A DNA stretch of 64,000 bases from the human T2T-CHM13v2.0 reference genome, Homo sapiens. Under the pieces are notes generated by a model. That model had not been told where the DNA came from, searched no databases, and was given only the letters and a program-made list of their open reading frames with translations. The stretch is taken from the NCBI RefSeq assembly GCF_009914755.1, contig NC_060930.1. One strand, given 5' to 3'. Positions 1-23,070 of the stretch are shown here, piece after piece; the stretch's first letter is position 1, and each line of letters starts with the position of its first letter. The translations under genes were made by a program, and so were the position numbers.

Positions 1-290
<290 letters not shown>

Positions 291-505
291 AGGCAGTTAG
301 CTCTCTGCAGTTTTTCATGACAAGCCTTTTTCACTACTCGAATTTACATGCAGGTATTGCTTTGATAAAAAAAAAAAAATAACTGAAAAATATTTGCCCA
401 CTTGTAGCTCTGTCTCTTTTGGGCTGTAGTGTCAGGTAACTAATTTGATATATTAGCAAAGTAAAGCCTGATATATTGTCTAGCCCTATCAGATAATTTA
501 CTTAA

Positions 506-816
<311 letters not shown>

Positions 817-1274
817 AATTTACTTGATTTTTCAAGGGCTCCAATACTTCTATGCTAAAACGACTAATAGTAAAAATTTTAATCAACACAGGAAATTAGT
901 GTGAAGAGTGGGGAATATTTGAGGTTTCCGAAACCAAATCACTGGGCAATGCATACATTATCCAGAGCCTAGAGCATCATGGATTCTCAATTAACATCTA
1001 ATGGGATGTGTGACAGAAGAGCACAAAACTCATTACCCTGAGTGTGGTACCCTATCTACGGGATAGGATATTGGGGGCAGTGTGGACCCTTGCATCTAAA
1101 ATATTTCCTGCATTTGTATTCCACAGATGCTTGAAATTCAATGATAATTTCATTTCATTGGTTCTCAAGGGTTTTTTGATATTTAGAGTTGTCTGCTAAG
1201 ATGGGAAATTTCTCAGGAAAGGAACACCCCTTAGTAGCGGGTAATTTGCTTGTTACTGAGAATAAGAAGTGAAC

Positions 1275-1420
1275 CAGGTATGGCAGCTGTGCCCATAATC
1301 CAAGTCACTTGGGAAACTGAAGCGGGAGGATAGCTTGAGCTCAAGAGTTTAAGTCCAGCCTAGGCAACATGGCAAGGCCCCCGTCTCTAAAAAAATAAAA
1401 TAAAATAAGAGAAAAGAAAT
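1275..1420 (+). mobile_element. Alu left monomer (FLAM-like)
   Basis: Diverged monomer with A-rich tail. Confidence 0.8.
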
Positions 1421-1499
1421 TTCAATTAAAAACTTATTTTAAAAATAAGTAAAATAGAATAAGAATGGAAAAGTGAAGGGTAGGCAAGGGCAGAGGTAA

Positions 1500-1730
1500 T
1501 GGCCACACAGGACTAGCCTTCGGCTTGGTCATCTTTTCTACCAGTCACCAATCCAGGGCACCGAGGAAGTCCAGCAGCGCCTGAGCCTGCTGCACTTGCA
1601 GTAGCAGGGACTGGCCGGGAGATGGCAGCCCTGTCCCAGGTCGGGTGGTGCCTCAGCCGCAGTTCCTGTCACGGCCATCGGGAGGCAGTGCAGGAACACG
1701 CACTGATGTGTAGCAACTCAGCCTAAAAAG
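1500..1730. promoter_or_regulatory. GC/CpG-rich unique segment, candidate promoter or enhancer
   Basis: About 9 CpGs in about 200 bp; CCAAT near 1548, ETS-like GAGGAAGT near 1563, RFX half-site GTAGCAAC near 1710. No associated transcript could be defined. Confidence 0.3.
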
Positions 1731-2807
1731 CAGTTATTATTATAATACATTGCTGCTGTGATAAGCACTCAGCAAATATTTGTTTGAGTGAGTTGATTCT
1801 ATGTCAGTCATTAAGATCACTCTCTTGAATGCACCCTCAACACCTTTGCAGGTACCACAATCCTAGGTCATCACTTTAAACCCATGTCCGTGAATGTTAC
1901 CCTGTATCCCCGCCGTCCGTTCATTCTCACACTGTTTCACACTTGCAACTCACTCAGCTAAGCTCCGACACCTCACTCTGCTCATGGCCTTGCTTTCCAG
2001 TTCACTGAGAAAACGAAGCAGATAGACGGAACTTCACAGCGCCCTACCACGACCACAGGTCGGCCTTCCTGCCAGCGAAGGTAGGTGAACTGTCCTGGCT
2101 CCTAAGGGCAACCCTTCCCGTGCCCTAGGTAAAATCCCTTCTCACTTCCACGGAAACATGACTCCAGAAAATTTTCACGACCTTTTCCCCCACGTCATCA
2201 ATTTTCCTTTCTCTACTAGCTTATTCCTATTAGCACAGAAACCTGCTGTTATCTATCCCATCATTATTTATCATTCCTCTTGGGCCCCAATTTTCTATCA
2301 GCTATGACCCTATTTCTGTTCTTTTTTCCAGTAATTCCTGGGGTTTTCCATACTTACTGATATTCACCAACTCCAAAGCCTTCCCTGCTATTCTCGGCTA
2401 CACCCACTGTAATCAGCTTTTGCTCAGACCGTTCCAAAGGAACTTCTCTTGACCTCTGCATCACTTACATCCATTAGTCAACCCTGTCCTCATCTTCACT
2501 TTATCTATAAACAGCACTTGATTGCTAGCTCCTCACTTCACCGATCCTCAGGGCACCATCAACTGGCTTCTCCTCCCCTCTTAGTTCTTTGTGGAGTCTG
2601 CCTTTTCTCCCCAATCTATCCTTACCAAGTTGTCTAAGGCATGGTCCTTGCACTTATTTATACCTCTGGCTCAGACTTCTCCCCTGAGCTCCATACTCTG
2701 ATACCTAACTGTTCAACTTCTCTGCATGACCATTTAATCGGCCCCCATACTGTTATCCTCATATTCCCCTGCTCTGCCCACAGTCTTCCTGTCTCAGTTA
2801 ATGGCTA

Positions 2808-3417
<610 letters not shown>

Positions 3418-3651
3418 TCACCACCTCCACCCACTACCACTCTGAGGTAAGCCATCAATATGTCTCCCCTGGATTACTCAATAGCCTCCTAGGTGGTCTT
3501 CCTACATCTCCTCCAATTTGTTGTCAATTGAGCACCCAGAGTGACCTCTTTTAAAAAGGCCAGACCATGTCACTCCTTTGCTCAAAACTATCTATGGGCT
3601 CCCCACATTAGTCAGAATAAAAGCCAAAATCCTTGAAAGACATGCAAGATT

Positions 3652-4278
<627 letters not shown>

Positions 4279-5247
4279 GAGACCACATTTCTCAGATCAT
4301 CTGTCTGATCATGCCTTCAGCTACCCTCTGCCTGGCTCACTCTGCTCCAGCCAGGGGGCATGCCTGACACTCTGCACTGCCTGTTCCCTCTGTCTCCACT
4401 GCTCTTTCCCCCAATATCCATAGAGCTGCCTTCTTCACATCTTGTCATCTTTGCTCACATGGTCAACCTGTTTAAAGGATAGCCACCACACGTCCCCTTC
4501 TGACACTCCTAATTCCTCTTACACACCCTATTTCTCCCTCTAGCATTTAGTACCTTCTAAAAGACTGTATATTCATGATGTGATCTCTGTTTTCTCACAC
4601 TAGAAGATAAGCTCTGCAAGGGAAGGTGTCTATTTTGTTTGGCAGTATGGGCCCGACACTTACAACAGTGCCTGGTACATAGTTGGGCACTCAATAAACA
4701 CTTCTTGACTGAACAAAGTAATGAGAGACTAAATCAATCTTCCCAGAGGGTTTTCAGGTCAGGGCTCAGAGCCAGTGTCTCACATAGCACAATAGCAGCA
4801 GTGACCTTGGTGTGATTGAAATGGGAGCTATTTTGTTTGTTAGTAATCACTGCAAGAAAGGGCAAAGCTAGATTCAATGCAGCAAGCATTTTCTGAGTGT
4901 CCACTGTGTGCAAGGCTGTAACTTTCGTACATGTCTGCAGGAGCCATCACTAGGACATAGCCTCACCTTCGGGCTGGTACTAGGTTTCCTCTGTGCAGCT
5001 CCGGAGAGCAGCCCCAGTGTCAAAAGCATGAAATTGATAGAAATTGATTTCAATTTTTTTGGAAAGAAGAACTTTTGAGTAACCAGCTCCATTCAAAATG
5101 AATTGGACTGTCTTAAGAGGTGCAACTATTGTCCCAAATCTAGAAATAAATATTACTTAGAAGATATGGGCACTGAGAGGGAGGTTAAATTAAACCTCAT
5201 AAGCCAACTCTAACTTTAATATTCTAAGATATTAGCCTACATTTTGA

Positions 5248-5742
<495 letters not shown>

Positions 5743-5855
5743 TGAGTTGACATATAATAGAAAATAAATAATAAACTTTACTTGGAAAATTTTCTCCTAG
5801 GTTCCAAGATTTCCAAAATTTTTCAAGGTTTTCCTTTAAAAAAATAAAATTCTGA

Positions 5856-6085
<230 letters not shown>

Positions 6086-6341
6086 CTCCATCTCTTTTCC
6101 TATCAGTAACAAGAACAATCACTACTCATAAGTGTTAGGTGCTGTGTCATTTAATCTTTGCAAAAGGCCAAGAGATGTTGGCCCAAATTAGTCTCATTCA
6201 CATGAGGAAACTGAGGTTCAGAGATGCTAATTAACTTGCCCAAGGCCAATATCTGGGTAAATGGCCAAAGCTAGCCTAGGAGATTCCTAAGGTAGTCTTT
6301 CACTATTTTGTACTAATTAATTCACTCAAAAAGTGTTTATT

Positions 6342-6732
<391 letters not shown>

Positions 6733-7045
6733 AGCCCTCCTAACTGTGCCAGGAGCTCTGTGCAATTGAAGACACAGTTGTGCACAAACGTCCTCTCTGC
6801 CCTCTGGGAACTTAGTCCCTAGGGTTAGGCTGGAGAGTTCTTGACAGTCACCTGTTCCCTTTCAAGAAGGCTTTGCTTCCCCTCCAGTCTCCATAAGAAT
6901 GTCTGTAGATACTTTGGTTTTCTGCTCCTCTGGTAAGTCTGTAGCATTTTCCTGAAATTATTTTATCTTATAATTATGCAAATAACTTACGGAAATAAGT
7001 TGGAAAGATAATTTTCCATTTGTGATTGGATGCCAATGGATATTA

Positions 7046-7663
<618 letters not shown>

Positions 7664-8085
7664 CTACTTTTTCTTAAGTGGCCGCACATCACAGCCTAAC
7701 ATCTTCCAGAGCAAACTGTAATTTGGAAACCTAACTTCTCTAAAGATCCCTCCATGTCCTCCCTTGACTTCCAGTTTGTTTTAAAATCCCAGTCACATCC
7801 TGTATATACGATGTGGAAGGGGAACGTGTGCACACTTAAGCAGTGCAGAGTCCTTAATTAGTAAAAAATGTTGGCTTGCTCCTTCCGTCTCCTGAGGGGC
7901 CTGAACCTACACCTCTCCCTGTTCAGGTCACTGACCAAGGGCTTGCTGACCTATCCCTTAGCCCTCCTTAGAACAACCTTACAGTACCAACCACACCTAC
8001 CCAATGCATATTTTAAGGGCTCAACCTTCCCCTTTTCATTCAGTCTGATTTTACTCATTTGTTTTAGAAACAAAAAAGCAAAAAA

Positions 8086-8378
8086 GGCTGGGTGTGGTGG
8101 CTCATGCCTGTAATCCCAACACTTTGGAAGGCCAAGGTGGGAGGATAACAGGAGTTGAAGACCAGCCTGGGCAACACAGTGAGACGCAGTCTCTACAAAT
8201 AATTTTTTTTTAATTAGCTGGGTGTGGTGGCGTGTACCTGTGGTCACAGCTATGCTAGGGAGGCTAGGGATCGCTTGAGTATCAGGAGGTCAAGGCTGCA
8301 GTGAGCTGTGATGTGTCACTCACTGCACTCCAGTCTGAGTGACAGAGTGGGACCCTGTCTCGATAAATAAATAAATAG
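8086..8378 (+). mobile_element. AluJ
   Basis: Diverged Alu with (TAAA)n tail. Confidence 0.9.
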
Positions 8379-9934
8379 GAGGAAAAGCAGAAAACATGTC
8401 CTATTTTCTTAAAAAAAATTAAAAAGCAACCAGAAGACTAAGAAGGCCTGGAAAAAAACTCACCACAATTTTTCTAATCCCAATTCATATGATTCTATAA
8501 CACACATAAAACAGAGATATAGTTAATGCTCCAAACCCCTGTAGCTACATTACACAGGGCAATAAAACCATGAACCATGCACTTGGAATGTCTTACTTTT
8601 AACTTTGGAATAAAAAGGCTCAGGGACTAAGAGAAATGTGTTTTAAGTATTTAAAACACTCATATTCACATATGCCAAATGAGATGGAGATGTACTGATT
8701 TAATTGATTTTGCTATTTTCTTTACAGGAAGAGGGGGGCGCTATTAAACTAGTGGTACTAAATTTCTTAGCATAGTGTTCAAAGGCCTCCCTAATCTAGA
8801 GGACTTTGCCAGCCTCTGTGGGTCCATAGATCACCCTAGATTGGAATACTCTTGATAATAAACTTTATTTTGTGTTCCTACACAGTCCTGGTCATATGAT
8901 AAGCATGCAGTTATTTCAGTCATTTTATGGTATTATCAATACACTATCCATGTAGACGAACCTCTGAACCCTCAGTTCCTTGAATTCCTTACCTCCAGTG
9001 ATCTTGTCCACCACCCAATGCCTCACACTCACCCCCATGGTTGGAACCTAAACCTTATCAAGACCAGTAACTGCAACTGGTCATAATCTCAAAGTCAAGC
9101 GTTCAGTCCATGCCTCCCACCTTCTATCATTTCAGATCAGCCTTTCCAGTAGCCTGGTAGCCCTCTTCAAAAATCTTTCCCCAACTAGAACCTCAAATCT
9201 ATTGATCCTCTAACTCATAACACTCCCTCACCTGCTTCATGTTCTCTCCCTTCTAACCATGGGACACTAATTTTTATACCAAAAAATTATTGTTTGTCTG
9301 AAATTCACATTTAAGTAAGCATTATGTTGTGTTTTGTTTTGAGAGACAGGGTCTATGATGCCCAGGCTGAACTTGAACTCATGGGCTCAAGCAATCCTCC
9401 TGCCTCAGCCTCCTGAATAGTTAGGGCTACAGGTGCATGCCACCGTGAGCAACTATTCTTTATTTTTATCTGCTACATCTGGCAACCCTGCAATCATTAT
9501 AATCACTCCCTTACATTAACTCCCAACCTCCTTGGCTCCCTCTGACTTGAAACTCCCTCAGCAAAAGCACAGCTGAGGTTAAAGCCCAGCTTCCTGACCA
9601 CTCTGTGTCCCCCTCATTGCAGCAGACTGTGGCTGGGGGAAAGCACAACCCTGCTGGGCAGGTCTCACTTTAAATTCACAGCAGCAGCCCTTGAATAGGG
9701 CCTTCCTGCTGCCTGGTGAATCGTCCTACTTAGATTCCCCTACTCCATTTACACTGTATTTCATGCCTGTGCCAATTTCCTCAAATCTTCTGTATATTCT
9801 CCCTCATCCCCATCCTCGGGGTCCTACTTCACTGAAAAAACCGAAGCACTCAGGAGAATTTCCTGATTCCCCTCACCACATCCGTCCAACTTGTTTGTAC
9901 CCATCTATGTTAACTTCTTGTCCATGACGTAGAT

Positions 9935-11402
<1,468 letters not shown>

Positions 11403-12062
11403 TAAACTGTACTTGAGGTCCACAATTCTCCAAATTTCTCTGAAAACATTCTCCATCACTACCGAAACTGCTCGCTAAGTTACCAATGACCCCCACATGC
11501 TAAATCCCACAGCCATTCTTGGTCTCCTCTCATCTTACCTGATCGTTGGGCAGGCAGCGTGTGACACGGTGGCTCACTCTTTGTGCTTCCAAGCACTTTC
11601 TTCGTGCTGCTTCCGAGACACCACACCCTCTTGATTTTTCTCCTCGATCCTGGATGCTTCCTTGTCGTCTCCTTTCCTTGTTCCTCTTTTTCCGCTCTTA
11701 TCACGGGAGGGCTCCAGGACCTCTTGCCAGACTCTTCTTGCTTTCCCCTTCATAGACTCTTTCTGTCTCACCCTTTAAATTATCTCTGTCATGCTGATGA
11801 CTCCCAAATATATGCCTGCAGCCCAGACCTCACTCCTGAGCTCCCTGCTTCACTGTTGAGCCCCCTACCTGTCGTCAACACATGAGCATCTGTGTTGCTC
11901 ATGTGTTGAGCTCGTGTGTTGACAACTCAAAATCACCATTCCAGGAACAACCGGGGCGTCTGCACTTGATTACCACTCTCTACTTTCACCCCCGACACTG
12001 TCGCCCCTGTCCCCTCAAAGGATCACTGCCCCTAAGGAAAGTATTTCAACACTGTGATGTGA

Positions 12063-12358
<296 letters not shown>

Positions 12359-13070
12359 TGTGATGTGATTTTTAAGATTTCCTTTCATAGGCAATTTCCA
12401 AGCAAAGCTTAATTGGACCAATCCACCACAGATCACACTGCAGATTTTCCATGTTAACATTGTGGATGATTTTTAATCAATAAACGCTGGAGATTTCTTC
12501 TCACCTGTCTCACCACTTGCCCAAGCTGCCAAAAACCTGTGGTTCTGTGTGCCAGGCCTTCACTTTGCAGTAAAGGATGGAGTAAGGGAACTCTGTGGGC
12601 CTCAGAAGGTGGGTGCCAGAGAGGGGGCTGCAGGGCTTACCAGTAGGCAGCCCCACCTGGTCCAGGGGAGCTGGAGGCAGAAGCAGGGTCTCTGTCCTCA
12701 TGACTCTCCGGCTGACTTCAGGCCCTGAGGGGCGTGTGCAGAGCTCAGGGCTCCTGTGTGAGGGAGGACGTTCTTGACTCTGAGCCAGGTGAAGCCAGTG
12801 TGGGGGTGCTTACAAATTCGAGCAGTAAGAGAGGAGGTTCTGGGAGCTTCCAGCCCAGGATAGAAGCCTCCATGGCTTCTGGCAACTGGGTGTCCAGACC
12901 CAGGTAGTAGGGTAATTTTGGTGACAACAATGTGCCCGTCCCATTGAGTGTTACACCCCTGAATGGGTGAAAGACTCAGGGCTAGGCCTATGTGACCTGA
13001 TGTGAAATTTCTGTCAAATAACAAAATTTTTAAGTGGTTTGCTAGGATTATTTCTATATTGAAAGTTTCT

Positions 13071-13366
13071 GGCTGGGCGAGGGGGCTCTCGCCTATAATC
13101 CCAGCACTTTGGGAGTCCAAGGCCAGTGGCTCGTTTGAGCCCAGGAATTCAAGACCAGCCTGGACAACATAGTAAGACCCTGTCTCTACAAGAAATAAAA
13201 AAATTAGCCGGGTGTGGTGGTGCATGCCTGTAGTTCCAGCTACTCAGGAGGCTGAGGTGGGGGGATCACCTAAGGTTGAGGCTGCAGTGAGCTGAGATCA
13301 CGCCACTGCACTACAACTTGGGTGACAGAGTGAGACCCTGTCTCAAAAAAAAAAAAACAAAAAAAA
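13071..13366 (+). mobile_element. AluJ
   Basis: Alu consensus. Confidence 0.9.
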
Positions 13367-13439
13367 CCTTCTAATTATACTTTAAAAACTACTAAAGGTT
13401 CAAATTGCCCCCTAAAAGACAAAACAATATTCTAGTCCA

Positions 13440-14295
13440 ACACTGAAGTCCAGCTTCCTCTCATCCCCAACCTGTCTTCCTTCCCTCAAATACTGGCAAC
13501 CTGTCCTTCCTTCCTCACAGTCCTACATCCTTGTAATCATCTTTGGTCACTCTTTCTCTCAAGCTCCACCTAGCATCTGTGAGGACATTGTGTTGACTTT
13601 GCATTCACAGTGAATCCAGCACCTGACATTTCTCACCCAATCTCACCTCACCTCATCAGTCTGAGCTAGATGACTACAATCCTTCCTAATAGTTCTCCCT
13701 GCCTCCTCCCTTGTCTGATAGTCTCCTCCCCACCAGAATAATCCTTTCAAAAGGACATCAGATCCACACCCTGCAGTGGCTCCCCACTTCCCTCAGAGCC
13801 AACGCCCAAGTCCCTTAGACCACTTCCAAAGCCCTTCTTGATCTGGCAGGCAGCCCCACCAGCCCTCACCTCTTCTGCCCTGTCTCCTGTCATTCTCCCT
13901 AACTCACTCAGCACAACACATTGGCCTCCCTGCTGCTCAGGAGACAGGCCTGTCTCCACCTGGAGACCTTTGTGCTGGCTGTTCTATCTACCTGGAATGC
14001 TTTTCCCTAGATAGCTGCTAGGCTCACCTCTTCATCACCTTACAGTCTACTCAGATGTCACATTTCAGTGTGACCTACCCTAGCCTTCTGACCCGTCAGC
14101 CATACCCACCATCTGACATCACTCTATCAACTTGCAATATATTATACAGCATATTTACTTATTATGCAGTTTAATAGAGCATTATCTTTACAAGGCAACA
14201 TGTTTTTATCTATTTTGTTCATTTTGATTATTTTGGTCCAAGTGCTTGGAACTAAAAAGCATTCAATAAATATTTGTGGAATGAATGAATTGAAT
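13440..14295 (+). mobile_element. L2 3' region
   Basis: Ends tcaataaatatttgtggaatgaatgaat. Confidence 0.75.
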
Positions 14296-14487
14296 ATCTA
14301 CTTGTTAAACGACTTCACCTTCATGTTTTTACTTAATTTTTCAGCCACCTTGAGAGTTATGTGTTACTCCATTTTACCTATAAAGACAGCAACCTTTAAA
14401 AAGTTTAAGTAACTTATACAAATCACAAGTTACTAAGTTGAAAAGTGAAATTGGGGACCAAGGTGTTCTTTTTCACCTCATAACTAG

Positions 14488-14873
<386 letters not shown>

Positions 14874-15145
14874 GTTTCACACCAAATTTCTGTAAATCAA
14901 GGCAGAACTTCCCAAAATAACCGCTAAGGAAAAGTTAGAAGTGGGCACTTACTCATAATTATAAACGCATTTGTTCTTAAAATAATTCACACATTTAAAT
15001 AACAGAAGTTTAAAAGTATTAAAATAGGTAGAAATCATTAAAAAATATATAAAGAAGTAAACATATAACAAATCACTTGCTTTTATCAGGTTTAAATATA
15101 TCCTTGATGGAGTTGTGGTTAAAAAGAATCAAGATGAACTTCATG

Positions 15146-15962
<817 letters not shown>

Positions 15963-16242
15963 TTAGCCTTTGTCTTTGGGACAACTAAAGGCTATATAGT
16001 CCAAATAGAGATTATCTTTACCTAGAATAGAAAACCGGAACAAAACCAGTAGAAAAGCTATTACCTTCTCATCCCAGGGCCTGTCAACCTAAAACCCAAG
16101 CTCCTCCCATTCCTGTGCCTGGAAAGCCCTCAGATTTGCATCAGAAACTTTGGAGAAGGTTTCCTTTGGTTCACATGGCAAACTGAAAAGTGGCTGTGCT
16201 AAAGGGTACACTCATCCCACCAATCTGTAGATATGGCTTTAA

Positions 16243-16603
<361 letters not shown>

Positions 16604-16869
16604 TGAAAAGGACAGTTTTATGTGTCACCATGACTTCCCATTTAAAATCAATATAAAAACTGTAGCATCTCTGCTGGTTAATCATTAAATAAAAGAAGCA
16701 TTACTGGTATAGCAATATTGGTATGATGCATTTTTAAATCACACGCTGCAGATAACTGATTAAGTGCTGTCATTGCTCTAACAATGCAATGTACAAAAGG
16801 ATAGCCAGGACACTTCGCAGGGCCTCAAGAGCCTCCACCTGTATTTCTTCCTCATTCCTCCCAAGTTTA

Positions 16870-17817
<948 letters not shown>

Positions 17818-17820
<3 letters not shown>

Positions 17821-18176
17821 AAGAGAAGCCGGAAGTGCTTCCTCTGAATGAAAAGGTGAAAGTTCTCAGCTTAAAAGAAGAGGAAACCATCGTATTTTGA
17901 GGTTGCTAAGATCTGCAGTAAGAAGGAATCTTGTATCCCTGAGATCGTGAAGAAAGAAAAAGAAATTCATGCTAGTTTCGTTGTTGCATCTCAAACTGCA
18001 AAGCTCACAACAGTGTGTGATAAGTGCTTAGTTAAGGAAAAAAAAAACATTGAAATGTGTGGGTGGAGGTCATAAACAGAACTGTGTTCCGCTTGATGGC
18101 GATCAGGTTCAGTGCTATGGGCAGTTTCAGGCTCTGAACTTATCCCCTGTGGATAAGGGAGCGGGAGGGCTACTGT
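17818..18176 (+). mobile_element. MER44 (Tigger7-derived TcMar) fragment with a transposase N-terminal relic; left end missing
   Basis: Encodes ..[25 protein letters not shown]; ends ggataaggg...ctactgt, resembling the MER44 right TIR. Confidence 0.8.
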
Positions 18177-18286
18177 CATCCCTTTTCAGGAATCAGTTGC
18201 AGAAGAGATGTCTCTAGAACTCCTCCCACCAAGGTGAAGCTCCACCAAAAGCACCAAGAACCATAATACTGGTATGTCTGATCTGG

Positions 18287-18503
18287 TTTTGTTTTTGTTT
18301 TTGTTTTAGAGACAGAATCTCACCTGTGACCCAGGCTGGAGTGCAGTAGCTCACTGCAGCCTAAAACTCCTGGGCTCAAGAGACCCTTCCAGATCTCTTG
18401 GGACCGTAGGGTCCCAAGTAGGACCACAGGCATGCACCACCACACCCGGCTAATTTTTTATATTTTTTGTAGAGACAGGGTCTTGCTTTTGTTACCCAGG
18501 CTG
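18287..18503 (-). mobile_element. AluJ fragment
   Basis: Diverged Alu. Confidence 0.85.
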
Positions 18504-18785
18504 TGATCTGTTTATTAAAATATGTCACTAGAGGTTAGAGCTACATCTCCTACTATTCTGCCTAGTAAGCATAATTAAGTAAAATATTCACTAAGTATAA
18601 TTAAGTAAGTATTCATTTAGTGAAATAACTGAGTAGGAATCTAAGAACTAGGTTCCAGCCTAATCTATACCCGATGTGTAAGATATTACATGGGATCTGA
18701 TCCTTAGCAAATGTCTTTATATTGATCCACAGTAGATCAACAGAATATATTTTTTAAAGACCTGTTCAAAGTTTTAGACAACTAG

Positions 18786-19098
<313 letters not shown>

Positions 19099-19636
19099 CT
19101 AGATCATACAAAGTTAAAATATAACTTTCTTGAGAGTCATGATTATATTTAGCAACTTAAATCATTGCCACTGAAAAGCTTGGCTTCAGTTTTAAGCAAC
19201 TAATCTAAAAGCTATGGCACAGAGCTTGCAAGGTGTGGGCTCTAAAGGGTTACATTACATAGCTAAATCATATAGTTGCTTGGCTGCCTTTATGCTAGAC
19301 ATCAAGTCAGGCAACTGGAATTCAACTCCTGGCAACCCCATTTACTACTTAGCTCTTGGACAAGTCACTTAATCTCCTTGCATTTCATCTGTAAAATAAA
19401 AATGATAATACATTCCTGCCTCATTCCACCACTAATGTAGGTGGAATAACATAAGTATGCAATAACTCTAAGACTCTAAGGCTCTGTGAAAATGTTAGTT
19501 ATTTTTAACGTAAACTACAATAATGGTCAAAATGGCCAATATTGGCCAAAGCCACACAGGATCCTTCCCAATCCCTTGAAATCACCTTCTGATAACATTG
19601 TATATTATTATATTTTATATATTTCTAGTAGATGGA

Positions 19637-20154
<518 letters not shown>

Positions 20155-20155
<1 letters not shown>

Positions 20156-20405
20156 TTTTTTTTTTTTTTTTGGAGACAGAGTCTCGCTCTGTTGCCCAGG
20201 CCTGGGCGACAAGAGTGAAATATGTCTCAAAAAAAAAAAATTAGCCAGGCATGGTGGAACATGCCTGTAGTTGCAGCTACTAGGGAGGCTGAGGCACAAG
20301 AATCATCTGAACCCAGAAGGCAGAAGTTGCAGTGAGCCGAGATGGTGCCACTATACTCCAGCCTGGGCAATAGAGCGAGACTCTGTCTCAAAAAAAAAAA
20401 AAAAA
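20155..20405. mobile_element. Rearranged Alu fragments (minus tail, plus tail, plus right arm)
   Basis: Palindromic junction gcccagg|cctgggc at 20194-20207. Confidence 0.85.
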
Positions 20406-20795
20406 TAGAAAATGTGATTACATATATACCATGGAATACTATGCAGCCATAAAAAAGAACAAGATCATGTCTTTCACAGCAACATGGATAGAGCCAGGGC
20501 CATTATCCTAAGCAAACTAATGCAGGAACAGAATATTAAATACTGCATGTTCTCAGTTATAAGTGGGAGCTACGCACAAGAATACATGGACACTGGGAGG
20601 TGAACAACAGGTGCGCTAGGGCATACTTGAGGGTGGAAGGTGGGAGCAGAGAGGGGATCAGAAAAAATACCTATTGGGTACTATGTTCATTGCCTGGGGA
20701 TAAAATTTTCTGTACACCAAACCCCTGTGACACACAATTTACCTATTTAACAAACCTGCACATGTACCATAAACCTAAAATAAAAGTTAAAAAAA
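20405..20795 (+). mobile_element. L1PA (older, PA13-16-like) 3' end
   Basis: ccatggaatactatgcagccataaaaaagaa ... acaaacctgcacatgtacc ... aaaataaaagttaaaaaa. Confidence 0.88.
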
Positions 20796-20829
20796 TGGGA
20801 GAAAGAGAGAGAAAAGAATCTGGTAAAGC

Positions 20830-21650
<821 letters not shown>

Positions 21651-21980
21651 TTTAAATATGAAATGAAAGTAACTCTCTTCTAAAATTCTTATAGTGTGGT
21701 TTCTTGGTGGCCACCAAAACCCTTGTCACAACTAGCTCTGGGAGTTGAAGATGTATAGGAAGATAAGTGGTTTATTTTGCTATTTAATCAACTTTAAGTC
21801 TCTAACAAGTATACTTTGATTTAATGAAAATGGCAACTCAGCAAAGGATTTAGGGCTGTAATTCAGGATGAAACAAACAGGTTGTGATGAGGAAACTCCC
21901 CTGCCTGAGGGGTGTCCTGAGAGGGTCAGAGGCTCCAGTCTAGTGAGATAGGAAATGCATTTGCCAAAACGGAATTTAAA

Positions 21981-22100
21981 TTTTTTTTTAACTTTTATTT
22001 TAGATACAGGGGATACATGTAGATTTGTTACATGGGTATATTGTGTGATGCTGAGGATTGGGATACGGATGATCCCATCACCCAAGTAGTGAGCATAATT
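21981..22100 (-). mobile_element. Short L1PA 3'-end fragment
   Basis: ttttattttagatacagggg.tacatgt...cccatcacccaagtagtgagcata. Confidence 0.8.
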
Positions 22101-22821
22101 TTTCAAACCTTGTCCCCTTTCCTGCCTGCATCCAAAATAGAAATTTGAAAATAATTCTCCACACACTGCAGTGGATGTTGGCAAGGGAACACCATTGTTT
22201 CCTACTTAACCCTTGCTGGATGTGTTTAAGAGTTCTTACCAGATTGCTGGCAGCAAAAACACTAATGTATTCATTCATTTACTTAGATCAATACAGTCCG
22301 ATTCTTTGCCAAAACCCCTGTGTTACTGCTTGTCCTGTCTCTCGAACAGGGTGTTCTGGTCAAATCAAGAGGAGATCAAATGTCTAGGCCTTCACTTTCA
22401 GCAGCTGGAACTGAGTTGAAAAAGAGAGACTGCCCTCTGAAGCGAAATCACAAAACAAAGGTGAAAGGAGAAGGCCATCAACAAAAGAAAAAGAGAAGCT
22501 GAATTTATTATCTTTTTGTTTTTCTCCCTGAGGCAATGGAAACAGATAGCAGAGGCGTGGCTCTCCAGGCGACTTCTGTGCTTGCCTGGTCAGCACATAC
22601 AGGGCATTCTTCCTAGCTTCCAGCCTGCTCTGCAGAGTCCTCCCCTCCTTCCTTCCTCCCAACCTCCCTCCCTTGCTCTCTTCCTTAACTCTTGGCTTCA
22701 TTCTGGGTTTTTTTGTTTGTTTGTTCTAAATTCTGTTTGTTCTTCGTTCTGTTTTTTCGTTTGTCCTAAAAGTCAGGTTTATTAAAATATAACTTACATA
22801 GAGTGAAATTCACCCTCTTTA

Positions 22822-23070
<249 letters not shown>

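Noticed and set aside
8700-8750. Splice-acceptor-like tttctttacag followed by a CTCF-like agaggggggcgcta
   Set aside because: No downstream donor or ORF; the CTCF match lacks the 5' CC core.
12500-13000. GC-rich unique segment with short ORFs and donor-like GTAAGC/GTGAG on the minus strand
   Set aside because: No recognisable protein homology or consistent exon structure; a noncoding exon or enhancer cannot be excluded.
17818-18176. Transposase-like HTH coding relic
   Set aside because: Known non-autonomous MER44/Tigger7 fragment with frameshifts and stops; not a domesticated gene.
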